Shown here one piece after another: positions 1 to 13,000 of a stretch of 64,000 bases of DNA (position 1 is its first letter; each line of letters opens with the position of its first letter). Under the pieces are notes generated by a model. That model ran no database searches. It worked only from the letters and a program-made list of their open reading frames with translations, and was not told where the DNA came from. The stretch covers positions 124,001 through 188,000 of the forward strand of contig BROI01000033.1 of the NCBI GenBank assembly GCA_027923505.1, written 5' to 3'. The DNA comes from Mayamaea pseudoterrestris (Eukaryota). The translations under genes and the position numbers were made by a program.

Positions 1-3
1 TCC

Positions 4-741
4 ATGAGCGCGCCAAATTTGCGCTACAGCATTTCCAATTTAGATCTCGACCTTGAAGATGACAACGACGACGAAGACGCCAATAACACCAACCACACTG
101 TCGTAACTCCAACCCGGCGCCGCAACCCGGACCATGATGAACGCGACTCGACCAAGAGTCCACGCACTGTCTACAGCGACGACACTAATGCGGGTGAGCC
201 CCGCGTCTTGTTGAGCAAGCAGCAGACGCGGTCCTTCTCTCGCCGAGAGCGGCTCGAACAAAATCGAAGCACCAGCCCAAATTCCAGGCGCAACCAGCGG
301 GCCAAGTCAGATGGCGGCTGCTCCACTGGTGGGATGAAACGTCGAGCTCGGGTCCGCGTCGTGCGTGCCATGAGCACGGAACGCATTCCAGACAAGGATG
401 GCAAGGTTTTGCTATTTGAACCGGACGAAGATTCACCGACATCAAAAGATGACACTGGAGACGACACTAACAGCAAGAAACCTGTTCTTGAGAGACGTTC
501 ATCCACCAAGCGCCCAGGTAGCAGACGACCAAGCGCCGTTGAGCGCAATCCCCTGGTGCGATCAGACAGCAAGACGCGAACCAGCACCAGTCCCTTTCGC
601 GCGAGGCTACAAATCTCACGTCAAAAGCTAATTGAAAAGCTGACAGACGCCGGCGTTGCCGCTGACCAGCACGAGGAAATGATGAACAAAATGGGGTTTG
701 GTTCGGATATGATTGAGTTGAATCAAAGTGCCGAGTTTTAG
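4..741 (+). CDS. Hypothetical 245-aa low-complexity (D/R/S/T-rich) protein; may be incomplete at the window edge
   Basis: Open 738-nt ORF followed by an AT-rich tract with AATAAA near 886; no recognisable domain. Confidence 0.45.
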   Translation: MSAPNLRYSISNLDLDLEDDNDDEDANNTNHTVVTPTRRRNPDHDERDSTKSPRTVYSDDTNAGEPRVLLSKQQTRSFSRRERLEQNRSTSPNSRRNQRAKSDGGCSTGGMKRRARVRVVRAMSTERIPDKDGKVLLFEPDEDSPTSKDDTGDDTNSKKPVLERRSSTKRPGSRRPSAVERNPLVRSDSKTRTSTSPFRARLQISRQKLIEKLTDAGVAADQHEEMMNKMGFGSDMIELNQSAEF

Positions 742-940
742 GCGTTGGCTGCATTGGGTGCTCAACTACGACAACAGACCGCAATAGCTATAATTTTCTT
801 CGTGATGTGAGCAGCCACTTGCTGAAGCGTAAGTTAAGAACAAAAATTCTACGTTCCATTCATTGAGTGTAGAATATGTTTATAAAATAAAAGAGCCTTA
901 CATGCTAACGTACTAGAGGCTGTAACATACATAAAAGTAA

Positions 941-1608
941 GTTCTCACCAGTCACATTACAGTCTACTGAGACACCAACCAGGCATACCATCTTCAAACG
1001 CAGACTAAAAAATGATGTTGGCATTATTCTGGTGTGATTTGGGTGAATACATGGCATGTTATATGGGCAATTGAATGACAAGGCATCTGTGGGCTGAGAC
1101 AAGTGAGAAGTTCTCACCAATCACATTGCAGTCTACTTATTTAACTACCGGGCATACCATCTTGTAGCTCAGACTGAATAATGATGTTGGCACCATTCTG
1201 GTGTGGTTTAGGTGTATACATGGCATGTTATATGGGCAATTGAATGACAAGGCATCTGTGGGCTGAGACTGGTGAGAAGTTCTCACCAGTCACATTGCAG
1301 TCTCCAAAAACACACCATGCCCTCCATCGTGTAGCGCAGCCTGTAAAATGATCTTGGCATCATTCTGGTGTAATTTGGGCACCTACAGGGCATGCTGAAG
1401 GGGCGTTTGAATGTCATGGCATCTGCGGGCTGAGACTGGTGACAAGTTGTCACCAGAAACATTGCCATCCCCTGAGACACCAACCAAGCCTACCATCCTG
1501 TAGCGCAGCTGGAATAATGATGTTGGTACCATTCTGGTGAATTTTGGGCACCTACAGGGCTTGCTGTAGGATCGTTTGAATGTCATGGCATCTGTGGGCT
1601 GAGACTGG
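941..1608 (-). repeat. About 4 degenerate copies of the 169-bp satellite, inverted relative to the 34.6-41.1 kb array
   Basis: GTTCTCACCA recurs at 941, 1110 and 1279 (169-bp period); reverse complement matches the main-array unit, including GGTGACAAGTTGTCACC near 1440. Confidence 0.9.
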
Positions 1609-1922
1609 TGTTGCAGGATGCGAACGAAAACAGCGAAAATCGGGCAAGTCACACCGAATGTCCGATAGGGTGACACAGCGGCACTCGCGGCTCACCACAG
1701 CCTCACGATCGCGTGATGCGTGGCAGCGACGGCTTCGAAGCGATTCAACAAGTATATTGCTGAAACTAGTGCGATATAGAGTAGAAACAAGCAGACTTAC
1801 TAAGCTTGAAGAGTTAAGAAAGCGATTTATTCGTCTCTCGTATTGTAGCAACTGCAAGCTTGGATTGGCCATCCAAGGACAGCTACAAGCGAAAGGTGCA
1901 ACGATTTGATTTACAAGTTACA
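1609..1922 (+). repeat. 5' LTR of family-A element (about 314 bp, TGT...ACA)
   Basis: Begins at the satellite break; ends TTACA immediately before a PBS-like motif shared with family B; no second LTR available to confirm the ends. Confidence 0.6.
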
Positions 1923-1939
1923 AGATTAACACTGTCTTG
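1923..1939 (+). promoter_or_regulatory. Putative PBS of family A (tRNA-Asn anticodon-arm complement with a 2-nt insertion)
   Basis: AGATTAACA[CT]GTCTTG versus family-B GATTAACAGTCTTGC. Confidence 0.55.
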
Positions 1940-2072
1940 AGACTCATTGCCTCGGCATAGAGACTTTATCGACGAAGAGTACTATTGATTTACGAAGTAA
2001 CGTGGACGCACGTTGGTTCTTGGCCCGGAAAGTTCCGCAGGTGATAGCAAGAACATTGTCACGACGACAACG

Positions 2073-5000
2073 ATGGCGGAAACTCGCGCGCAGAAAGACG
2101 CGGCGTTTGCGCATGTTTACGAAGAGAACGTAGGCGTTTTCCAAGATCCTCAGTTCAAGGAGTTATTCGACGAACTCGGAGTAGAATCGCTTACGCAACT
2201 GATCGAGATGGAGTACGACGATTTCGCGACGAAGTGGAACGTCACGACGACGACAACGACGACGACTGACGATGGCGACAATGTCACGCAGGAAACGAGC
2301 GAACACTCGCTAACGAAGATGAAACAACGCACGATCACGAACGCGATCGAATGGTATTTGGCGCAAGAGTCGCCGGACATCAAGACATGGTCGCAACTGA
2401 CCACCGAAACGCTGGCGACGTTCGTCACAGCACGAGCGAAGGAACGAGTCCAAGCGCGCAACATTGCGAGCGTGGGCAGCGGAAGCGGAGCGAAACCTCC
2501 AGCGAAGGAAAGCGAAACGGAATCCAAGAAGGACGAATCCAAGGACTCCACGCTAACGAACGAAGGCAACGAGTCGAAGCCTGACTCGGCCGACAAGGTG
2601 CCACCGACGAGTGTGGACGTGGATGAAGCAGTCACCGACATCCGTACTGGACCTCGGCGACGACGAAGACGACGAGAAGTATTCAGACCAATTTACGAAG
2701 TCTATCAAGTTCTCGGCGAAGGATTGTAAAGAAATGAAGCTGGATTCCTCGTGGAAACAGTGGATTTCCGAGTTGAAAGTCATCGCTACATTGCATGACT
2801 TCCACGAAGTCTTTGACGACGATTATGACCCGAAGGAAAAGGGACCGAAAGAACAGAAGGCGTATGCAAAGAAGAATGTGTTTGTATACAGGATCTTTCT
2901 CACGCACTGTCGAACTCCGTCTGCATCACTCGCAGTACAGCAGTTCAAGAAGACGATGGACGGACGCGAAGTCTACCAACGATTGCGAACGCGATACGAA
3001 GAAGGCGCTACTGCTCACATCGAGAAGGAACGCGCGCGAACGGAACTGCAGGGAATGCGGCTGACCGAGAAGTGGTCACGGCCGACGATCGAATTTCTCG
3101 CACTGTTCTACAAGAAAGTCATCTGGCTGCTCGAAATGGACGCAGAAGCTCTGACAGGTTTACAACGATACGACATGCTACGCGACGCTTTCTCCGAGCA
3201 CACAGGATTCAGCGCATCACTAGCAGGTTTTGACGGAATGATTGCCATCAAGAAACACATGGGGCAACACGACTCGGAAGACAATTTCGCGCAGTTGTAC
3301 GCGCACTTAGAAGAGTGCTGCATCAAGTATGACAAGAAACACCCATCGACGACGAAGACTAAGCGCACAATCAATCAAGCGCAGTCTAGTGGAACGAAAG
3401 GAGGCGGCCGGCGGCAATGGCGGCGCGACTCCAAGCGGCTTATCGGCGGAACGATTTGCAGCGATCATGAAGAAACCTCACGCGAGCGTGAAGGATGAAG
3501 TCTGGTTGGAGATGAAGTTTGATCAGCGAAAGCAGTTGAAGGACAAGCGTGCGACGGCGCCCAAGACACCCGAAAACGGATGGCGACCGCGCAACCAACG
3601 AGGCACGGCTACGACGCAGACGCAAGTCAACGCGGCGCATCAAGAGCGTCACGCGACGGAATCTGTAGCGAACGATCACGCAAGCGTTCCTGGCACGATT
3701 AATATTCAGCCCGGCAATAGTGGAATGTCAGTCCAAACGGCTGCACGATCGGTTCTGCAAGCGAACAATGCGAGTACTACAACTCAGCAAGTGACAGGAT
3801 CGTTGACGACTGATAACACCGGACGAGGTACATTCAGCTTCAACATGCATCGTCGTATGCGCGTCAATCGCGCACACTACGAGCGGATCAACGAAGGCGC
3901 GCTCATCGACAACGGGGCGAACGGAGGCTTATGCGGAGGAGACATGCTCGTCGTTTCGGAAACGAACGCCGAGGTGGATGTGACTGGTATTGACGATCAT
4001 ATTGTCCCAGCTCTCAAGATTGGCACTGCAGCTGGACTGGCAAAGACCCTTAGTGGCGAAACCATTCTGCTTCTGTGTCACCAGTATGCTTTAAAGCGAG
4101 ACGGACCGACGATTCATTGCCCGAATCAATTGCGCGCAATGGGACATCGCGTCGACGATATTCCGACCATGTTTGGCGGAACGCAACGAATTACGACGAA
4201 CATTGAGGCTACGTTTTGCCATTGGCAATTCGCGATGGCCTGGTGTACTTGGACGTGACGAAACCCACGTTCGATGATTTGGATAAGTATCCGACTGTCA
4301 TCATGACGTCGGACGTGCCGTGGGACCCGACTGTTTACGATGTCGAGCACGCGCACGACGATTTCGACGAACGAGATCATGATTATGGATCTTTCGACGA
4401 ACGATTCGATGATGACGGTATCACGCACCGCAATCGTCACACGCCGACACGCACTGGCGACGAACTTGACGTACTGATCAATCGGTGCGTGCGACACGCT
4501 CAGTTTTTACGCGTTAATTTGCTGAAGCTAAGAAGCAAGGAACCGGACTATAATGCTCTTCGGCCGTACCTCGAATGGGTCCCGACTGAGCGCGTTCAAC
4601 AGACTTTACGGCCACACGGAAGCATGGTATCATCTCAGTGAACATCCGCGATTACCATTTCGACACCTCACGAAATCGAGATTTCCGGCCGCGAACGTTC
4701 AGCGGTTGCGCGAACTATTCGCCACGGACACAATACACTCAGACACGCCAGCTTTGGATGATGGAATTCTAGGGCATGGGGGAGCTACTAAGATGCAGCT
4801 CTTTGTTGGACGAGAAAGTTTTTAACGCGCGGCTGCCCGATGAAGTCGGAAGCGAAAATGTCAAACGCGTTAGAGAGATTTTATCCGCGAAGTGGGCGCT
4901 CTAACGGACTGCTCAGCGACAATGCCAAGTCGGAGACTGGCAAGGCTGTGAGGGATCTCTGTCGGATGTACAATATTCCTCAAGTGACCACAGAACCGGG

Positions 5001-7630
5001 TCATCAGAACAAAATCCATGCGAACGTCACACGTCGCACATTAAGCCAATGATGGAGAACCTCCAACGAGATTCGGGTTCGCCAGGCCATTGCTGGTTTT
5101 TGCTGATTAAATTCGTAATCATGATACTGGAACGTCCTCGCGCGACGAAATCGCTGGGATGGCGCACGCCAACGGAAGTTGCGTTCGGAAATCTGCCGGA
5201 TATTTAGCCTTTGTTACATTTCAAGTGGTGGGAACCGGTCACGTTTGAGCGCGAGGGAGCTTTCTCGGCGGTAGATCTGGCAACGGCCGATTCGTGGGCA
5301 TCGCAGAGAATAGCGGTCGCACGTGACTTTTCTCGTTCTGACGGACGACACGCTCAGGCGATTCCGCGCTCCAACGTGGTCTCGCGCAGCTGCTTGTTAC
5401 CACGAGAGTTGCCTTCCTTCCCTGAGTCTGAGGGGAGATTTCTGAAGAAGCTATACCGGGCAAGCGAGCGAAATTTTGAAACTCCAGATCTCGCGACAGG
5501 ACGCTACCATAGCACGCATGCGACAGAAAGTAGTCACGACAACTACGGGAAACGACGACGAAACAATTCCGATGGCAACCACGCCAACGTACCAGCGAAG
5601 TTCTTCAGAAGGGCTGAGCAAGAATCAGGAATAAATGCCCTCTGTTCTCTCAAGCGAACTCATCGGACGCACGTTCGTAAGGGAACACGAAAACGGTCAG
5701 AAAATGCGAGCGACTGTATGCGAATATATCGAAGTACGCGATAACGAGCTACTCGAAACGACGAAAGGTTTCCTAATCCAAATGGGAGAGAAGCCAGCGA
5801 AAGTCTAATAGTTACAACGAACTGTCAGATTTAATCGAACGACAGATGGACGAAGATATACGAAACGATCCGGCGACTCAGTGGGTATTCACGAAAGTAA
5901 TCGGACACGAGCTTAATTTGAAACCGAACGATCCGACATACAAAGGAAGTTGCCGTAACGTTCTCGTCGAATGGACTGACGGAACGACGACGTGGGAGCC
6001 TCGCGATCATGAAGAAGGACGATCCGATAACGATCGCAGAGTATGGACTCAAGCACGGCTTACCTCGACAAGCCAGGATGGAAGCAGCTGGAGCATTACA
6101 CTCGGAAGCGAAAGAAGTTTCGACAGATGGTAACAGCGGCGAAACGAAAATCGAAAGCAAACGGCGTACGCTACAAATTCGGCGTAAGGTTGCCGCGCAA
6201 TTATAAAGATGCGAAAGCTCTCGACGAGATCAACGGCAACACGCTGTGGACGGATGCGATTCGAACGGAATTAAATCAGATAAATGATTACGACACGTTC
6301 GCAGATTAAGGAGTCGGTAAGGTTATGTCGGCGCCGTGAAACGAATAAACGTGCACTTTCGATGTCAAGCACGATTTGCGACGGAAAGCACGACTCGTTG
6401 CAGGAGGACATATGACAGAGCCGCCGAAGGATTCAGTTTACTCGGGCGTTGTGTCATTGCACGAAGTCTACGAATGGTAGCGATGTTAGCGGAACTCAAC
6501 GGTCTGGAACTGTGGGCAGCTGACGTCGGCAACGCACTGTTGGAAGCGAAAACGAAAGAGAAGGGTTTATATCGTGGCAGGTCCGGAGTTCGGGGAGCTT
6601 TCGAGGGTCACACGCTCACGATCGTGAAAGGCATTATCGGTCTTCGCGTCAGGCGCCACGCTGGCACGAGCACTTTGCAGACACGCTCCGCGACATTGGC
6701 TTCATGCCGGGTATCGTGAACCGGACGTGTGGATTGCGCGATAAAGGCACGCACTACGAATACGTTTGTGTGTATGTCGACGATTTAGCGATAGCGATGA
6801 AGAATCCGAAGGAACTAACGGATCTTTTATTGAGAACTACAACCTACAAGTTGAAGGCGTCGGTCCATTGGCATATCATTTGGGCGCAGACGTTTGGCGA
6901 GACGACGACGGCGTACTCTGCTTCGGAGCGAAGAAGTACGTCCCAAGACTACTAGCGAACTACAAAGAAATGTTCGGCGAGGAACCGCGACCGCAGACAA
7001 GTCCACTACGCGACGGCGATCATCCGGAACTCGACGAAACGAAAGAACGACGACGACGGAATTGCGAAGTATCAATCGATAATTGGTCGTTGCAATGGCC
7101 GTAATAGTTTATGTCGATTCGACATTCACTGTGCTGTCATGACTATGGGAGATTCCGAGCCGTGCCACCACGCGCGGGCACTTGGAACGGTTGAAGCATA
7201 TTTGCGGATACTACGAAGATACCCGGATGGAGCGATTCGATTCAACGTTTCGATTCAACGGACGACGAGCGATACGCGACAGTTGACAAGATGGATTGGT
7301 TACAGTGTGTACGGCAAGATCTGCGAAGAAACTTCGTGGAACATGCCCCGGCGCGGCAGGCGCGGTGCGAATGTCAACGTTCGAAGATGCGAACCTGTAC
7401 CACGATTACACGACGGGACGGGCGCAGCGATGGGCATTACTCACATGTTGAATGGAACAGTCGTTGATTGGTTTTCGAACCGCCAAGCGACGGTGGTCGG
7501 GACGCCGGCGTCGGCTCGGTTTACAGCGAGTGAGCACGGAGCAGATCATGGATCTTCGCTTCACGCTACGCATGTTGAGAATTTCACTCGACGGACCTTC
7601 ATGGATGTTTGGAGACAACAGGTTCAATGA
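2073..7630 (+). pseudogene. Family-A gag-pol polyprotein broken by many frameshifts
   Basis: Consecutive ORF fragments (2013-2729, 2611-3498, 3329-4258, 4216-4641 and later) are collinear with the family-B polyprotein; ATG at 2073 (MAETRAQK). Confidence 0.85.
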
Positions 7631-7738
7631 TGAAAGACAATCTCAGTGCTTTGGTACAACCCACTGCTTGTCTATTGCTCAGTCCAGCAGCTTGCCCACT
7701 ATGTGAGCATGCAACCTCCTTTTTCTCTATTGCTGCCT

Positions 7739-8068
7739 TGACACGATAATATCAGACGAACCTTTATTCCAGCGACTACAATGGACTCGGAGCGATCAAC
7801 CTCTTCGTCCAGCGTAAAGCAAACAAACAAACTCAATTGCTAGAATAGTGCATGTTACTCGCTACTCTACTCGTGCGCTTCTTTCTCGTTCTCACTGGGT
7901 TCACGGTCGAGGTTCACGCCTCGATCGTCAGCGATTTCACTCATGTATGTGAGGATTCGGTCGGTCAAGTGGACTCAACCCTGCACAGGATTAAATGAAG
8001 ACAAAACCCAGGTACCTAACCGTCTCGTCATAAGACGCAGGTCACCTCAACCCAATAATATTGTGTCA
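7739..8068 (-). repeat. 3' LTR, family B (330 bp)
   Basis: TGACAC/GTGTCA inverted termini; identical to the other LTRs over the first ~220 bp, with about 10 differences in the last third. Confidence 0.95.
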
Positions 8069-8080
8069 TCCACCTTGATC
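8069..8080 (-). promoter_or_regulatory. Polypurine tract, family B
   Basis: Minus-strand GATCAAGGTGGA abuts the 3' LTR; the element at 41115 has AAGGGGA at the same position. Confidence 0.55.
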
Positions 8081-10076
8081 TAGGCTTGTGACAACGATCG
8101 GTTTGCCGCATCACCCTTCCAGAAAAGAATCGAAATGATCAGGGGTCGGAACGTGGCATGCGGCAAGAACTTGAAGCACGGACGTTCGCCGAAGATGTGC
8201 TCAAAGTGCAAAAGTAAATGGCCTGCGAGCCGCAGTTTGTGTCGCCAGCAAAGTGTGGAGGTGGAATCGTTGACGACTTCTTGACACTTTCGTTGTCGCC
8301 GAACATCCGGCTGGTCCATCAAAGGAACTCCCAACATGCGTAGGGAGTATCGGAAATCCATAATCTGTTCCGTCGCGGTCTTGGCGACGACGGAACTCGG
8401 GATCCGCACGTTGCAGTCTCGACAGTATTCTGACGCTTGCAGAACCATTCGACGGTGTCTGGTTCAGGGAAATGCAGGACTCCCATTGCGGAACGTCCAG
8501 TAGTGTAATCATGGTACAGGTTCGCGTCCATAAAGGTAGTTAGTTGCACAGGCTTGCCCCTTCGGGATCGGCATGTTCCACGGAAGCTCTTCGCTTGAGT
8601 GGCCGTAGACCGATTGCAACCAATCATACTTAGTAGGTTCCCCGTGATCGACGATCTTCGTCCGGAAACGAATCGCTGCATCAGGGTACTCAGCTAGGTA
8701 GCCACGAGACTCGCTTGGCTCGGTCAGGAACGCGCGGGGCGCAGCGGAATCGCCAAGTGTCATTACGGCACAATGAATGTCAAGTCGACATAGGGTCACT
8801 GCCCACTGGAGGGCACCGATAAGAGACTGGTACTGTTGAATGCCACGGGCATCCAGCTCTTCGGTAAGGTCAAGTTCCGGGGTGGTCCCCGGCGTCAAGC
8901 GGTGACTTGCGCTGCGTGGCTTCTGCCAAACATGGTCTCGGAGTTCTGAGCACGACCGACGTAGGTCTTCGCGCTCATGCAGAGGGTTCCATCTGGATCA
9001 CGATAGAAGTCGGCTCCAAGGTGATACTTGATGTCGCCAACGCCCTCAACTTGTACTTGGGGTACTTCTCCTTGAGGAGGTCCGTGAAGGCTTGTGGATC
9101 TTTCATGGCCATAGCCAGATCGTCGAAGACGAACACGCCGACGTACTCGTAGTGAGTGCCACAGTCTTTCATCCAGACGTCAGGGTCCGCGTAGCTGGTA
9201 GAAAATGTCGCGGAGTGTGCCGGCAAAGTGCTCATGCCAACGCGACGCCAGAAGTGCGCAATCCGAAGTGCCTTGTAGATGACCAAGGTATGGCCTTCCA
9301 ATGTGTCCAAACTCGGGACCGGCAACAATGTAGACCTTTTCCTTGGTCTTGGCCTCGAGGTAAGGCGTTACCGACACCGGCAGCGCCCAAAACTTGAGGT
9401 CGTTCAGTTCAGCTATTAGTGCTATAGTTCGGATGCTTCGCATAGAGACCACGCCAGAGTAGGCGGAGTCCATGGGCGGAGCGGTCAATGTCCCCGGCGA
9501 CGAGCCGGCCTTACGTCAGATCGCTCTGCAGTCGAAACAAGATGCGCGTTGATGCGCTTCCAATCACTTTCCATGAAGGCACCGATGCCCTTGTCGATGA
9601 AAGTGTCGTACTCGTGTAGCTGCTCCATCTCAGTCTTGACGGCGTCAGCCCATAGTGTGTTTCCATTGGCAGCGTCGAGGCGGTTCGCTTCCTTCCAGGT
9701 ATTAGGAACTTGAACGCCAAACTTGAAACGCGCTTCTTGGACACGGTTCTTCTTTGCAGCCTTGCACATGCGGTTAAACATTTTAGTGCGTCCTGCCATG
9801 CGCTTCAAGCGCTTCCATCCATCCTTGTCCAGCATACCCTTGCGCTTGGCCGCATTTCGGCAACGGTCACAGGGTCGGACTTGATAATCGAAAAGCAGTG
9901 GCTCCCAGGTCTTCTCCGCCATTTGCCCATTGGATGAGCAAGTTGTAGGATGAGCCGCGATAGCGCGCTTGTGTCAGTGGACCTTCATGTCCGTCAATGA
10001 AATCAAACTTGTAGATACTGATCGTCGTTGTCATCATCCCCCAGTCGTAAAGAATCTTGCCGTTCGCACAGGTCGG
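8080..10076 (-). pseudogene. Frameshifted chromo-like / RT / RNase H part of family-B pol, copy 1
   Basis: Fragments KTWEPL, FKFGVQVP, DPDVWMKD..HYEY..DDL, YQSLIGALQW, TTFMDANLYHD. Confidence 0.9.
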
Positions 10077-13000
10077 CTAGTTCGTTGTGGTAATAAGTTC
10101 GGCGTCGCCGTCGCCGAGACTCAATCGAAACTTGATAATCTTGTGGTTGGCTTCATCGCGATCGTTTAGTTGCTCAATAACCTTGTAACGTCGCGTGGAG
10201 CCGTCTTCCTCGTCAAGAAGGACAGTGCGTCCCATCAGTTCAGCCGGAGTAAAGGACGGCATGGGTCCGTCGGGATCCAGACCGGCTAACTCGGCAGCGC
10301 TTTCCAACGTGAATGCGTCTTCATCCACGGTTCCCCCAGAATCAGGCGCTGGGGTCGGTGTAAGGTCGTGTTCAAACACCGGACCGACTAGGTCATATTC
10401 GTCGTCAAACTCGTCGACAGTTTCAACTTGGACTCGTTCACGCGCAGGGCGCGCGTCGAAGACAGGTTCCGCGAACAGTGGTCGTTCGGACTCGGGTTCA
10501 GGAGCGCTTTCAGCTTCAGCGCGTAGGTTACGTCCTTCGGAGAAGGGACGAACGTTGGATCGGACGACAACCATTCCAGTCCGATCGGATCGGACCTGGT
10601 ACGTGAGGATGTCACCCTTGTTCTCTGCAATGCCGACCCAGCGTCCTGCTGCTTCCTTGGTGTGAGGAAATGTCGGCGGCTCGTCAGCTCCAGCTTCGTA
10701 CAGGACTCGTTCCCAAAACTTGAACTGCAGGAACGGCGAAATGTCGGGTACTCGATTGAAGGCAGCTTCAGTAGGGGTCTTCCAGTTGAGGGACTCGGTC
10801 GCCAGATTGTTGAATAAGGCGATTACGTACAGCGCGCATAGGAGCCAGGCTCCAGCGGGTGCGCCCGTACGGTTCATGATGTTCTGGACTGATGACTTGA
10901 CTTCCTGGATGCGACGCTCGGCAGGGTTCTGGTTCTGGTATCCGGGCTCGCTCTGTTGGTCACGAATCGCGTAGAATCGCAACAAGGTTTCAACTTGCTT
11001 CCCGAGCTGCACTCGCGAGTTATCGCTAATGAGCAAGTCGGGAGCGCCAATGTCTCGAATGAAGTCTTCGAGCGCCATGGGCATGTCACTCTCGGTTCTC
11101 AGTGGGTATCCCCTCGTCAGCAAGCTCTTCTTGCCGACGAACAGTTGCATCATCTTGCATCCGCCATGGCCGCGGATTCCGTCGTTAAAGGCGGGTTCCT
11201 TGGAAAACCAGGTATCTGTCGCCGTATCGTCATGGAAACGAACCACATTGGCGGCAGGGAATCGCGACTTAAAGTGTTGGCGAAATGGGGTGTGTGCCGA
11301 TGCACGGAAAAGCTGTGTCGTATTCTTAATGGTGCGCTTGACTCGTTCAAGTGGCGTGTAGCCAAGGTAGGGTCGAAGCGCTTGGTAGTCAGGTTCTTGT
11401 GGCATTATGCGTCGTGCATTGGCTTGGCGCGTCGTATCAGCCTGATTGCGATCGACATACTGCACCACACGTTCCACTGAATTCATGTTGTTCCGGTAGG
11501 TGGCGTCGCCGAAGTCATCCATGCGGGCGTCGACGAAACCGTGGGTTTCTTCCAATTCGTCGAGGTGACGATTAAACTCAAGTTCTTCTTCGTTCCATTC
11601 ATTGTCCAATTCCGCCGGATCCCAAAGGGTGTCCGCAGAGAAAATGACCGTCGGATACATTTCCAACTCTGCGTCCGTCGGCGGACGCATATCCATACGA
11701 GGCAAACCGTCGCGGATCGCCAAGGGGATGGTCTTGCCACAACTGGTGACAATGGCTTGTGTTCCATTCTGGGAGCGAGGGACGTCGTCGATCAGATGAC
11801 CGAACGACCGAAGTTGCGACGGAGCATGAATGGATTCAGCACCGTCGTACAAAGCATACTGGTTGAACTGCCCGATAATGGGTCCAGTCCGAGTCTCAAT
11901 CAATGCGACGCCAGTTCCGACTTGAAGGTCGCGAACCGTGTGGTCGCTCAAACCTGTCACGTTACACGTGTGGTTGGTAGTACTCAAGATTCTCATATCG
12001 CTTCCAGCGAGTCCACCGTTCGCACCGCCGTCAATCAGCGATCCTTGGCGGGTCTCGTTGCTGCGAGCTCGATTCACAGTGTAGCGCACCGATACCATTG
12101 CGCGGTACCGACGGCCGTCGCTTCCCATAAACTCTTGCTGGGTGTTGTTCGCAGCTTGAGTGCGAGACGACGCGGCGTTCGCAAGGAAAGATCTAATCAT
12201 GTCATCCGGTGCACCTTGAGTGGCTGTCGTCGGGGCGATCGAGACAGCGTCATTCTGATACAAGATTGTACCAGGCACCGAGGCAGCCGCTTGTGACTGC
12301 TGGTTATTCGCGCGGTTGCCATTGTTCGCGCGTCTTGTCGTGGCTGGTCTTGGGACGGCTTCGCGTCGAGCCATGAGCTGAGCGTATTCGTCCTCGTTAA
12401 GTCGGCCGAGTCGTTCGTACGACATGTACGACCAGGGGTTCTGCAACAACTGTTCAAAGTTCAGATAATCACCAGGGAATCGTTCCCGATGCGCTTGCGT
12501 ACCGGCTGCTGGTAGTGGCGCGGAAGAGCCTCGTCCTCCGGAACCACGGCTCACTTGGGAACCGCGTCCACCGTCTCGTCCACCGCCGCGTCCGCCTTGT
12601 CCGCCACGACCGGAACCGCGTCCATTACCACGTCCTTGTCCGGAAGTGTTAGCGTTGTTCGCTTGGCGGTCGGCGTTCTTCTTGCCCTTATTCAACTTGG
12701 CGTTCTTGTTGTCGACGCGCAGAGCCTGCTGCGACAACATGTCGAAAAGACAGTCATAATCTTCCGTCACGACGGCGTCTGGGTCACCATTTGCACTGAT
12801 GATGCGTCGTCGTTCAAATTGCAAGTGCTGGTCGAACGTCGTGCATGTGGGGCCGAATTCTTCGTCGCCTTCCACTGCAGCTCGGAGCCAGTAGTACTTT
12901 TTCTTGTCATCCGTCACTCCAGGACGGAACTCTTCGAGGTTCTTCATGAGCTGTTCGATGTAGTTTAGGAACTTGTAGTGTCCTTTCGTCCAGGTCGAAT

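Larger units (their letters stand above)
1609..7630 (+). mobile_element. Ty1/copia LTR retrotransposon, CoDi-type, family A; frameshifted, 3'-truncated, no 3' LTR
   Basis: Domain order gag - protease (LIDNGANGG) - integrase (ATDTI, LSDNA) - chromo-like - RT (ADVGNA, YVCVYVDDL) - RNase H (VVDWFSNRQATV); starts abruptly with TGTTG inside the satellite. Confidence 0.9.

Noticed and set aside
7631..7738. Possible 3' LTR of the family-A element
   Set aside because: No similarity to 1609-1922; it is CpG-poor target DNA that continues at 20726
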